A DNA stretch of 45,642 nt from positions 1 to 45,642 of the forward strand of contig CAVXJS010000002.1 in assembly GCA_963762145.1 (NCBI GenBank), read 5' to 3'. The position numbers and the translations under genes are program-made. Below, in pieces: positions 27,190-35,869 of the stretch. The notes beneath the pieces were generated by a model that saw only the letters and a program-made list of their open reading frames with translations, was not told where the DNA came from and ran no database searches. Each line of letters opens with the position of its first letter. Positions within the stretch are counted from its first letter, which is position 1. The DNA is from an uncultured Candidatus Rokubacteria bacterium (lineage in GTDB: Bacteria > Methylomirabilota > Methylomirabilia > Rokubacteriales > CSP1-6).

Positions 27190-28860
27190 GGTAGCGAAGA
27201 AGTTCAACGAGACGCGATTCTCCGCGTAATTGCCAGTACTATCCTGAGTGTCGAAAGCGCTGCGACCCATCTGCTGAATGAAGTCGTACCGGAGACTGGC
27301 GGTCAGCCAGCGAAGCGCCTGCCAGTTCACCGCGGCCCCATAGGTGAGGTACTTCTGGGTGCCGCTGCCCTCGACATTGCCGGTACCGGTGGGCTGGTTC
27401 TCGGTGTACGACACATTCAGGTTCGCATTGATGAAGGGGGTGAGCTGGTACAGGAAACTCCCGAAGAAGCTCCGAGTCTGTACGGTACCGAAGTTCTCAC
27501 CCGTCTGGGCAGTCTGCCGGAAGTCCTGGAAGACCCCGACCGAGATCGCGGCGCGCGTGAAGCGGTAGCTCACGGTGGCGTTCGCGGAAACCAGACCTTC
27601 GTTGTCTTGCTCGTCACTATTCAGAATGCTATAGCCAACAGCTGCCGAGAGCGATAGGCCGGTCGGCAGTCCATAGGCGCCGAAGACCGACGCATTCCAG
27701 ATCTTGGTATCTTCCTGAGTCTGGAACGAGTATGAGGTCGAAATCCCGCCGGTCGTGTACTGGCCGAACTGCCGGGAGGCGGAGCCGAAGAACGTATTGG
27801 TGGTCGAATCACCACCGATATCATTGTTGTTATTGTTGTTGCTGTCCGTGGTATCGACTCGCGAGAACTCGTATCCGGCGCGGATGAGATAGTCGGTAGC
27901 GACGCGGGTCGACGCGTTCAGTCCAAAGATATTCGTGATCGAGTCGTTCTGGCTACCCTGGTTCGTCTGATCCGACCCACCTTCTCGGTTGCCCTCGTTG
28001 AAGAAGAGCGTGTTGCGATAGTAGGCTTGGGTGGCGATCTGATCGAGCAACCAATCCACGGTCAGGGCGGCGCTGTTCGTGTTCGAAATCTGCCGGCCCT
28101 GCCTGAGTCCAGACCTGTCAAGGTTGCTGGCCGAATCGTTACGTACGAACACGTCGGTGAAGGTCACGGCAAGCCGCGGCGTGAGCGCGTACCGGATGGC
28201 CGCATTCACACTCGGAAAGACCTTCACCTCCGGTCCACTCTGGTCCACCGTATCGTGGACCAAATCCACCGTGGTCGAGAATGCCCCGAAGGTGCGTGCT
28301 CCGTTCAGAAAGAGCGAGAAGCCGGGCCCAAGGATCGAGCGGAAGTTGTCGCGAGAATGGCTCGAGGTCTGGAAGAAGTTGTCGGAGTATTCCCCCGCGA
28401 GGTGGAGCGTCGGATGGAACTCGAGGGTTGCTCCGCGAACGGTCGTGACGGTGGGCGCGAAAGCTCCCGGAACCGTCAATCCAGGGGCGCCCACGAAACC
28501 CGGTCCCCCCGGTAGCAGCGGGGAGGGAATGTTGGTCTGAGACGGGGCCGGGGGTGTCGGCGGCGTCCAGGGCGGCAGCGTTGTGCTCGGAGGCGCCGAC
28601 GGCGAGGTTGGCGTTCCGATCGGCGACTGCCCAGGGTACTGCTGAAGCAGCTGACCGGGCGTGATCGGCGGGCCGATTGGAGTTACCGGCGCGGGCGTCG
28701 TGGCCGGGGGTGTTTCCTGGGTCTGACCCTGGCTCGGCTGCTCACTGGGTCCGGGCGGGGTCGACGGGGTCTGCGCCCATCCTTGACCCGCGCCAAGGAA
28801 TCCCATCGAGAGAGCGAAGACGAGAGCAAAAATCGAGATCCGATGAGCCGCTTCGCTCAC
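27184..28860 (-). CDS. Outer-membrane beta-barrel associated with polysaccharide export, with N-terminal Pro/Thr/Ser-rich tract
   Basis: GTG at 28860 after GGAGG; signal peptide ending GWA-Q; about 100-aa P/T/S-rich region; YSDNFF; alternating aromatic beta-strands; C-terminal beta-signal VSLNFFATF. Confidence 0.85.
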   Translation of the reverse strand: MSEAAHRISIFALVFALSMGFLGAGQGWAQTPSTPPGPSEQPSQGQTQETPPATTPAPVTPIGPPITPGQLLQQYPGQSPIGTPTSPSAPPSTTLPPWTPPTPPAPSQTNIPSPLLPGGPGFVGAPGLTVPGAFAPTVTTVRGATLEFHPTLHLAGEYSDNFFQTSSHSRDNFRSILGPGFSLFLNGARTFGAFSTTVDLVHDTVDQSGPEVKVFPSVNAAIRYALTPRLAVTFTDVFVRNDSASNLDRSGLRQGRQISNTNSAALTVDWLLDQIATQAYYRNTLFFNEGNREGGSDQTNQGSQNDSITNIFGLNASTRVATDYLIRAGYEFSRVDTTDSNNNNNNDIGGDSTTNTFFGSASRQFGQYTTGGISTSYSFQTQEDTKIWNASVFGAYGLPTGLSLSAAVGYSILNSDEQDNEGLVSANATVSYRFTRAAISVGVFQDFRQTAQTGENFGTVQTRSFFGSFLYQLTPFINANLNVSYTENQPTGTGNVEGSGTQKYLTYGAAVNWQALRWLTASLRYDFIQQMGRSAFDTQDSTGNYAENRVSLNFFATF

Positions 28861-28879
28861 TTCACCCTCCACCCGCCCT

Positions 28880-29709
28880 CTAGAAGAGTCGTTGTGGGAC
28901 AAAGATGATGTCATTCGGTTGCAACCGGATATCAGGATTTTCGTCCGGCGACCGCATCATCTTATCAACATCCACCCGAATCCGTTCCTTCTTTTCTGAG
29001 TTCCCCCGGAGGACGTCCACTCGGCCGGCAGACGCCAGCGGCGTCAGACCGCCCACCTGGGTAAGGGCCTTCAAAATTGTCAGATCTCCCGTATATTTAA
29101 CGGCGCCGGGCTGCTTGACCTCCCCATTCACGTAGACCGCGTCCGCCAGTGGTACCACGACCGAATCTCCCGGCTCGAGCTTGGGATTCTGGCTCAAATC
29201 ACCCCGCTGGAGGAGGCGGTTGAAGTCAATCGGGATTCGCTTGTCGCCCCTCAGCACGAAGCCCTTCTCCGAGTCGGCGTTGGGAAGCACGCCTCCGATC
29301 ACCGAAATCGCCTGGAGCAGAGTCAGCTCGCGCGTGAGCTGCATGACGCCCGGCTTTCCGAAGCCTCCGACGAAGAAGACCGGGCGGCTGCGGATCTCTT
29401 TGATGATGACCGTGACGACGGCTCCCTTCACGGTCTTCTCGTAGACGCTCCGAGGTGGTCCTGCAGTTGTTGCACCGTCTTGCCTGCCACGCCGATTTCA
29501 CCGACCAGGGGCAGGGACGTACGCCCGTCCGGTCGAACGAAGACCATCTGATTCAGGTCCTTGTTCCCCCAGACCTGGATCTCCAGGATATCTTCAGGCC
29601 CGATGATGTAGTCCCGATCGGCCTGCTGAGGCGCGGGCACCTGTGCCTGCGCCACGAGCGGGATGAGCATCAAGGACACGGACAGTGCCAGCGAAGCGAG
29701 TGTTCTCAT
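28880..29709 (-). CDS. wza: OPX polysaccharide export protein (Poly_export + two SLBB domains); frameshift near 29448
   Basis: YIIGPEDILEIQVW, VRPDGRTSLPLVGEI (PES motif), two SLBB repeats (TLLQAISVIGG, TILKALTQVGG), LQPNDIIFVP. Signal peptide ends AQA with no lipobox Cys. Confidence 0.88.
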
Positions 29710-29714
29710 AGATG

Positions 29715-31097
29715 TCAGACTCCTAGAGAGTGTTGGCTCCCTGCTGCTTCATTGAACTGAGCCAAGGGGTCTGATCCACCCTGGCGGTATGCCTTGAGCT
29801 TGTATTGCAGGCAGCGAAGGCTGATTCCCAGTAGCCGCGCCGCCTGCGTACGATTGCCGCCCACCCCGTCGAGCGTCTGGAGGATGTACTGCTGCTCCAG
29901 GTCCCGTAGCGTCAGCCCCGCCGGCAGCCCCGGCTTGCCAGCCTCCGCTCCGCGCCGGCTACCCGAGTCCGACAAGGGCAGCACGTCGATGTCAATCGTA
30001 TCATGCTCATTTAATACCACCGCCTGCTCGATGCAGTTCTCGAGCTGCCGCACGTTGCCCGGCCACTCCGCCCCCAGCAGCAGCTCCGTCGCCCGCCCCG
30101 TCAGCCGCGGCACCCGCTTGTGATGCGCCGCCGCAAACTTCCGCAGAAAATGCTCCACCAGCAGCCCAATGTCCCCCCGCCGCGCCCGCAGCGGCGGCAC
30201 CTCGATCATCACCACCGCGATCCGGTAGTACAGATCCTCCCGAAACTGCCCCTCCCGCACCGCCTTCCGCAGATCCTTGTTCGACGCCGTGATCAGCCGG
30301 ATGTCCGTCCGCGTCGGCTTGCTCCCCCCTACCTTCACGAACTCCCGCGTCTGGATCACCCGCAACAGCTTCGCCTGCAACGGCATCGACAGCTCGCTGA
30401 TCTCGTCGATGAACAGCGTCCCCGTGTGCGCCAGCGCGAAGAACCCCGTCCGGTGCTCTACCGCCCCCGTGAAGCTCCCCCGCACGTGCCCGAACAGATG
30501 GCTCTCCATCAGCCCCTCCGGGATCGCCGTGCAGTCCAGCGTCACCAGCGGCCGGTCCGCCCGCGCGCTCTGCTCGTGGATCGCCCGGGCGATCAGCTCC
30601 TTGCCCGTCCCCGATTCCCCCGAGATGCACACGTTCGCATCCCCCACCGCCACCTTCTCGATCTTCGCCAGCACCTCCCCCAGCTGCGGCGACTGCCCGA
30701 TCAGCCCGTGGGCCGCCGCCAATCCTCCGGTCGCCGCACTCGGTCTCCCCAGCCGGCTCAGCACTCGGTCCAGCGCCGCAGTAAGCTCCGATTCTTCCAC
30801 CGGGCGATCGACCCACTGGACGCCTTGCAACGGCGGCGCCGTACTCGCGCTTCCCGGGGGGCCGAGCACAACAACAGGGCTCTCCAATCGCAGACCCCGA
30901 AGCCGCTGACTCAACTCCCAGGCCGTCAACGGAGCTTGGAGGTTCACCACGACGGCCGTGGGTCGCCCGCGCGACTGAACTGCCATTTCGAGCTCGTGCA
31001 AAGAGCCGATGAAATGTGGCTCCCAGCCTCGGACGGGAGCGCGGCGTCCAAGCAAGAGGGCCAGCTCGAGCGATTCGTCAAGCACTAGGAGATTCAA
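29715..31097 (-). CDS. Sigma54-dependent enhancer-binding protein (bEBP2) with degenerate N-terminal receiver-like domain
   Basis: TTG start after GGGAGG; GESGTGKE, LFGHVRGSFTGA, TLFIDEI, QAKLLRV, FREDLYYR, WPGNVRQL, Fis-type HTH GNRTQAARLLGIS. The expected phospho-Asp position reads VVVNL. Confidence 0.93.
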   Translation of the reverse strand: MNLLVLDESLELALLLGRRAPVRGWEPHFIGSLHELEMAVQSRGRPTAVVVNLQAPLTAWELSQRLRGLRLESPVVVLGPPGSASTAPPLQGVQWVDRPVEESELTAALDRVLSRLGRPSAATGGLAAAHGLIGQSPQLGEVLAKIEKVAVGDANVCISGESGTGKELIARAIHEQSARADRPLVTLDCTAIPEGLMESHLFGHVRGSFTGAVEHRTGFFALAHTGTLFIDEISELSMPLQAKLLRVIQTREFVKVGGSKPTRTDIRLITASNKDLRKAVREGQFREDLYYRIAVVMIEVPPLRARRGDIGLLVEHFLRKFAAAHHKRVPRLTGRATELLLGAEWPGNVRQLENCIEQAVVLNEHDTIDIDVLPLSDSGSRRGAEAGKPGLPAGLTLRDLEQQYILQTLDGVGGNRTQAARLLGISLRCLQYKLKAYRQGGSDPLAQFNEAAGSQHSLGV

Positions 31098-31118
31098 GTA
31101 CGGTTTCCTCCCAGGTCC

Positions 31119-31616
31119 CTAAACGGGGTCATCGCTGCCATGGGTGACCCGGTTGCCGCCGTGCTCGACGGCCTGGTCCAGATAGGCCATCGCCTGCGCA
31201 AGGAGAATGGCGTCCGTATGCCCATCCCGTGGGAAAGACACGTTTCCCACGCTGACCGTCAGCCGCTGTGGCCGTCCCTCTTGCCCCTCTCGAAAGGCCA
31301 CCTGCTCGATACCGGCGCGGATCCGCTCGGCCACACGGAGGGCATCCGAGCCCGCGGTGTGGAGAAGGATCACGGCGATTGCGGAAGAGATCTGTCCGAC
31401 GAAGTCGGTGGCGCGAACAAACTCGGGAATCTTCTCCGAGATCGCCCGCTCGATGTCCTCCCGCATTCCGTGCAGATCACGCTCGCCGTCCGGCCGGAGC
31501 ACACAGACTGAGAAGAAGTCCTGGTATCGTGTCGCGCGGCCGGCCTCCCGGATCAACAGGTGCCGGAACGCCTCCTCATGAAATACCCCTGTCCGGGCAT
31601 CCATGAACTCGTTCAC
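31119..31616 (-). CDS. Stand-alone degenerate GGDEF-domain protein retaining the RxxD I-site
   Basis: GTG after GGGAGG. DARTGVF, AERIR, LTVSVG, SFP and GGNRV match the GGDEF fold. RATD is present, but the GG(D/E)EF position reads QISSAI. Confidence 0.82.
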   Translation of the reverse strand: MNEFMDARTGVFHEEAFRHLLIREAGRATRYQDFFSVCVLRPDGERDLHGMREDIERAISEKIPEFVRATDFVGQISSAIAVILLHTAGSDALRVAERIRAGIEQVAFREGQEGRPQRLTVSVGNVSFPRDGHTDAILLAQAMAYLDQAVEHGGNRVTHGSDDPV

Positions 31617-31654
31617 GAATTCCTCCCTTCCTTAGGCAGAATGTCCACAGGGAG

Positions 31655-31670
31655 AGCAAGTCTTGCGCCA
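31655..31670 (-). promoter_or_regulatory. Sigma54 -24/-12 promoter P1 of the GGDEF-bEBP2-OPX-barrel unit
   Basis: Minus strand TGGCGCAAGACTTGCT (GG-N10-GC, TTGCT), 38 nt upstream of the GTG at 31616. Confidence 0.85.
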
Positions 31671-31741
31671 TGACCCTTTGGAGGCCGGCGGGAGTGATTG
31701 CGGCGATTTCGAGGACGCGAGATATTACAGGTGCTTATGAC

Positions 31742-31762
31742 CCGGACCCGTGGACGGTCCGG
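31742..31762. promoter_or_regulatory. Inverted repeat, candidate UAS for P1
   Basis: CCGGACC-N7-GGTCCGG, 71 nt upstream of the P1 -24 element; no U-tract. Confidence 0.35.
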
Positions 31763-31845
31763 CAAGTGCGGCGAGAAACGCTAACGGCTAGAGAGACAAG
31801 CGACGGTGAATAGACTTAGGTAGGTTTCGGGACAAACGCAGCAAA

Positions 31846-33291
31846 TCATTTCCTACCGCGCTCCGGGCGATCGTCCAGACCAACCTGCTTGATCTTGTAG
31901 AGCATCGCCTTGTAGCTGATCTTGAGGAGGCGCGCCGCTTCGGCGCGGTTCCAGCGCACCTTCTCGAGGACCTCCTTGATGACCGCCTTCTCCGCAGCCA
32001 TGGCGGCTCGACGCGCGATGTCCTTCAGGCCCATCTCCAGCTCCGCGACGGGTGCCGCCGCCGGCGCGGCATGAGATGCGGTCCCGGCCTCGGGTTTCGG
32101 GGCCCATGGCTTCTCGCTCCGGAGGGCGATCTCCTGCTGGACGAGGGCCTCGGTCTGGAGCACCACCGCCCGCTTGATCATGTTTTCCAGCTCCCGAACA
32201 TTGCCGGGCCACGAGTAGTCCTGGAGCAGCCGCATGGTGGCCGCGGAGATCTTGAGGGCATCGCGATTGTACTGGCGGCAAAATCGGATCATGAAGTAGT
32301 CCACCAGCATCGGGATCTCCTCGCGCCGTTCCCGCAGTGGCGGAATGGAGATGGCCACGACATTCAGCCGGTAGTAGAGATCCTCCCGGAACAGGCCGGT
32401 CCCCATGAGTGAGGCCAGGTTCCGGTTGGTTGCCGCGATGAGCCGGGCGTCAGACGTGATCACTTCGCTGCCGCCGACCCGGAAGAATTGGCCGTCCTGG
32501 AGAACATGGAGCAGCTTGGCCTGCAGCCCCAGCGGCATCTCACCAATTTCGTCGAGCAGGAACGTGCCGCGGTGGGCCAGCTCGAACTTCCCCGGCTTGC
32601 GCCGATGCGCTCCCGTGAACGAGCCCTTCTCATGGCCAAAGAGCTCGGACTCCAGCAGGTCACCCGGCAGGGAGGCACAGTTGACCTTCAAGAAGGGCTT
32701 CTCCCGGCGGTCGGAGATGTAGTGGATCGCCCGGGCCACCATCTCCTTGCCCGTCCCGCTCTCCCCCTGCAGCAGGATCGTGGCGTTCGTGTCGGCCGCC
32801 CGGCGGACAATGTCCTCGACCGCGCGCATCCGTTCGCTGTTCCGGAACAGCAAGTCCACGTCGACCGGCAACGGGCCGGTCAGCGAGACCCCGCCCGGCT
32901 GTGGCGCCATCGACGGCGGTCCATCCAGCTGGGCCAGGGCGCCCTTCATGATCTCTTTGAGGGCGGTCGCCGCGACCGGCTTGACCAGGAAGTCGTACGC
33001 TCCGGTGCGCATCCCTCGGACGACCAGGTCGGTATCCCCGCTTCCGGAAAGGATGATCAAGGGAACGTCCGCGTTTTCGAGCCTCATCTGGCGCGGCAGG
33101 TCGAGGGGTGGGCCGTCGAGCTGATCGATGTCGATGAGCACCAAAACGGGGTGCAGACTCGAGAGGAGTGCCAGTCCCTCGGCGGCGGTTCCCGCCTCGA
33201 GCACCCCATAACCGGCCTCCTTGATCGTACGGGTCAGGGCAACCCGGCGCTCCGGGCGGCCGTCGACGATCAGAACCGAGCCGGGGCTCAT
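31846..33291 (-). CDS. NtrC-family sigma54-dependent response regulator (bEBP1; REC-AAA+-HTH)
   Basis: ATG at 33291 (MSPGSVLIVDG); VLIDID, ILSG, FLVKP; GESGTGKE, ELFGHEKGSFTGA, LLDEIGEM, FREDLYYRLNV, WPGNVRELEN, WNRAEAARLLKIS. Confidence 0.95.
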   Translation of the reverse strand: MSPGSVLIVDGRPERRVALTRTIKEAGYGVLEAGTAAEGLALLSSLHPVLVLIDIDQLDGPPLDLPRQMRLENADVPLIILSGSGDTDLVVRGMRTGAYDFLVKPVAATALKEIMKGALAQLDGPPSMAPQPGGVSLTGPLPVDVDLLFRNSERMRAVEDIVRRAADTNATILLQGESGTGKEMVARAIHYISDRREKPFLKVNCASLPGDLLESELFGHEKGSFTGAHRRKPGKFELAHRGTFLLDEIGEMPLGLQAKLLHVLQDGQFFRVGGSEVITSDARLIAATNRNLASLMGTGLFREDLYYRLNVVAISIPPLRERREEIPMLVDYFMIRFCRQYNRDALKISAATMRLLQDYSWPGNVRELENMIKRAVVLQTEALVQQEIALRSEKPWAPKPEAGTASHAAPAAAPVAELEMGLKDIARRAAMAAEKAVIKEVLEKVRWNRAEAARLLKISYKAMLYKIKQVGLDDRPERGRK

Positions 33292-33325
33292 GAGAGCTGG
33301 AAGGCGGGACCGCCGAGGCCGGGGC

Positions 33326-33354
33326 TTGACGAAGCCCTTGAAGCTCCTGATACT
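33326..33354 (+). promoter_or_regulatory. Candidate sigma70-type promoter for the receiver gene
   Basis: TTGACG-N17-GATACT, ending 17 nt before the ATG at 33372. Confidence 0.4.
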
Positions 33355-33371
33355 GGCGTCCGGCGCAACCC

Positions 33372-33737
33372 ATGAGAATACTGGTGGTGGACGACGACCC
33401 GGCGGTGGCCGAGATGATTGCGGAGGCCGTCCGTAGTTTCGGCCACGAGGCCATGGTGGCACTCGACGGCATGGAGGGCTTGCACCTTCTCGAATCCACC
33501 GCCGTTCAAGGCGTGTTCCTCGACCTCGTGATGCCGGGGCAGGGCGGACTGGCAGTTCTCGCGCAAATCAGAAGTCGCTATCCCCACGTTCCCGTCGTAA
33601 TCCTCTCGGCTCATGCCGGTGACGAAGAAGGCCGCCAGGCGATCGCCCTCGGGGCGTCGGAAGTCCTCCTGAAGCCTGCTGGCCTCGCTCAGTTCACCGA
33701 AGTGTTGTCGCGGCTGACACGTATCCACGGATCGTGA
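33372..33737 (+). CDS. Single-domain response regulator (CheY-like receiver)
   Basis: MRILVVDDD, VFLDLVMP, ILSAH, LLKP: all canonical receiver residues, no output domain. Confidence 0.93.
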   Translation: MRILVVDDDPAVAEMIAEAVRSFGHEAMVALDGMEGLHLLESTAVQGVFLDLVMPGQGGLAVLAQIRSRYPHVPVVILSAHAGDEEGRQAIALGASEVLLKPAGLAQFTEVLSRLTRIHGS

Positions 33738-33965
33738 GATCTAGCTAACCTCGGATGCCTCTCGCTTCCATATTTTCCACTGTTGCCCAACTCTATATGA
33801 AAGGCAATACTCAAATACGGTAGCGCAGTTGATGAGTTCCTCCCTTCGCCGATCCGAAGTAGCCCGGTTCATCCGGGTCACCTCTGCAATAAGTGCAGGC
33901 ATCGAAGCGCCCTTCGCTTTGCCCATTTAGAATCGGCGATGGAAAAGGTATCTTAGGTTTCACCG

Positions 33966-35835
33966 ATGACTTCGGAACCCACCCTCGTCCAGAAGGCGCT
34001 CGCGGGGAAAACTCGCGGCGATATCCTGGCCGCGTTCGGCCCCAATCGGCCGGCGCTCTCTATGTCGGACGTCCAGCGCTTCACGCAACATCTGGAGACG
34101 CTCGGGGAGTCTACCGCTCCGCTCCGGATCGGTATCCTGCACACCTACACGAGTGATCTGCTGGACCCGTACCTCCGCTTCGAGGCGTTGCTGCAGGGCT
34201 TCGCGGTAGCCACCTACCACGGCCCGTACGGGGCGATCGTACAGGAGTCGCAGCCCGCTTCGGGTTTGGTCGCGCACAAGCCCCATCTCACGGTGATGCT
34301 GCTGCGCTGGGAAGATCTCGACCCCGAACTGGGCGGCGCGTTCACTGCACCATCAGCGGACCACCTGGCCAACCTGGCCGAGCGGGCGAGGGCTCGCCTG
34401 ATGCAGCTCGTCGGGGCGGTGCGCGGGGCCATCGACGGGCACATCCTGATCACCCTTCTGCCGCGGGATCGCGGGCCGGGTCTGGGCGATTACGACACGA
34501 TGTCTCCCGTGTCCGAGCACGCCTGGCGCGAAGAGATCAAGGCCTCGATCGCATCGGATCTGATGGGCGCCTATCCGTCGACCACGCTGCTCGACCTCGA
34601 CCACGGGCTCACGACACTGGGGCGTGACCGTTTCTTCGATCGACGCTGGTGGTATACCTCCCGCTTCCCCTTCTCACCCGCCGCGGCCCAGGATCTCGCC
34701 CGACGTGTCGTGGCGGTCGGGGCGGTACTGAAGCGGCCGCGCGCGAAAGTCATCGCCCTCGACGCGGACAATACGCTCTGGGGTGGGGTCATCGGAGAAG
34801 ACGGTCTGGAAGGTATCGCCCTGGGACCGGACTATCCCGGCAACTGCTACGTGGACTTCCAGCGGCGCCTGCTCGAATACCAGCAGCGCGGCTTCATCCT
34901 TGCCCTGTGCAGCAAGAACAATCAAGCGGACGTTTTGGAAGTGCTGCGACGCCACCCGCACCAGGTGCTCCGGGAGGAGCACTTCGCCGCGCTCCGCATC
35001 AACTGGCAGCCGAAGCCGGACAACCTGCGCAGTCTCGCCGAGGAATTGAATCTCGGCCTCGACTCCATCGTCTTCGTGGACGACAGCGCGCACGAGTGCG
35101 CCATCGTTCGACAGACCCTCCCGATGGTGGACGTCGTGCAGACCCCGGCGCGCGCGATCGACATTCCCGTCTGCCTCGATCGCGTGTCGCGGCTGGAAGT
35201 CGTCGCGCTCACCGAGGAGGACCGGCGGAAGACCGAGATGTACGTTCAGGATCGCAAGCGGCGCGACCTGGCTGCTTCCGGCATCGACCTGCCTGGCTTA
35301 TCTCCGCTCGCTGCAGATGGAGATCTCGGTGGGCCTCGACGATCGGCGGGCAGATAGCCCGCATCGCCCAGCTCACTCAGAAGACCAACCAGTTCACCCT
35401 CACCACGCGCCGGTACACCGAGGATGAGATCTCCCGGCGGATCCAGGCGGCCGACTGGGTGGTGGCCCACTTCTCTCTTCGGACGATATCTTCGGCGACA
35501 GTGGAATCGTCGGGGTCGCGCTCGTCCACCAGACCGCGCCCGAACTCGCGGAGCTGGACACGTTCCTGATGTCTTGCCGGGTCATCGGACGCATGGCCGA
35601 GACGGCGTTCCTCGAGACCATTCTCGAGGCCCTTCGGCGCCGGGGCATCACCACGCTCCTGGCCGACTACCTCCCGACGCCGAAGAACGGACTGGTGGCC
35701 GGCTTTCTTCCCGAGCATCGGTTCGACCTGCGGTCGGATGGTCGGTACGTACGCGCGCTCGACAGCGCCGGCCACGGGCGGGACATCCCGATCATGGTCC
35801 GTCTGACCGACGAGACACCGGCCCTGAGCGCATGA
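33966..35835 (+). CDS. fkbH: FkbH-like HAD-IIIC glyceryl-ACP-loading enzyme with N-terminal extension; frameshifts near 35295 and 35480
   Basis: KVIALDADNTLWGGVIGEDG, LCSKNN, INWQPK, LGLDSIVFVDD, TEEDRRK, RIAQLTQKTNQF, FGDSGIVG, MSCRV (acyl-carrying Cys), PTPKN. Confidence 0.9.
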
Positions 35836-35869
35836 GCCGGCCGTTCCCGATCGCCCCCCGGCGGCCCAC

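Noticed and set aside
28470-28775. Pro/Thr-rich region as a DNA repeat or CRISPR-like array
   Set aside because: Low complexity at the protein level only; no constant repeat-spacer periodicity.
32830-32870. FleQ-type c-di-GMP motif (LFRS) in bEBP1 (LLFRNS)
   Set aside because: By my recollection of the FleQ alignment, this LFRNS occupies the usual 'IGxS' position rather than the LFRS position, and the companion RN and ExxxR residues are not matched; a real alignment is needed.
33741-33926. 61-aa minus-strand ORF in the AT-rich spacer
   Set aside because: Atypical codon usage, no recognisable motif, and it overlaps the probable promoter region of the FkbH module.
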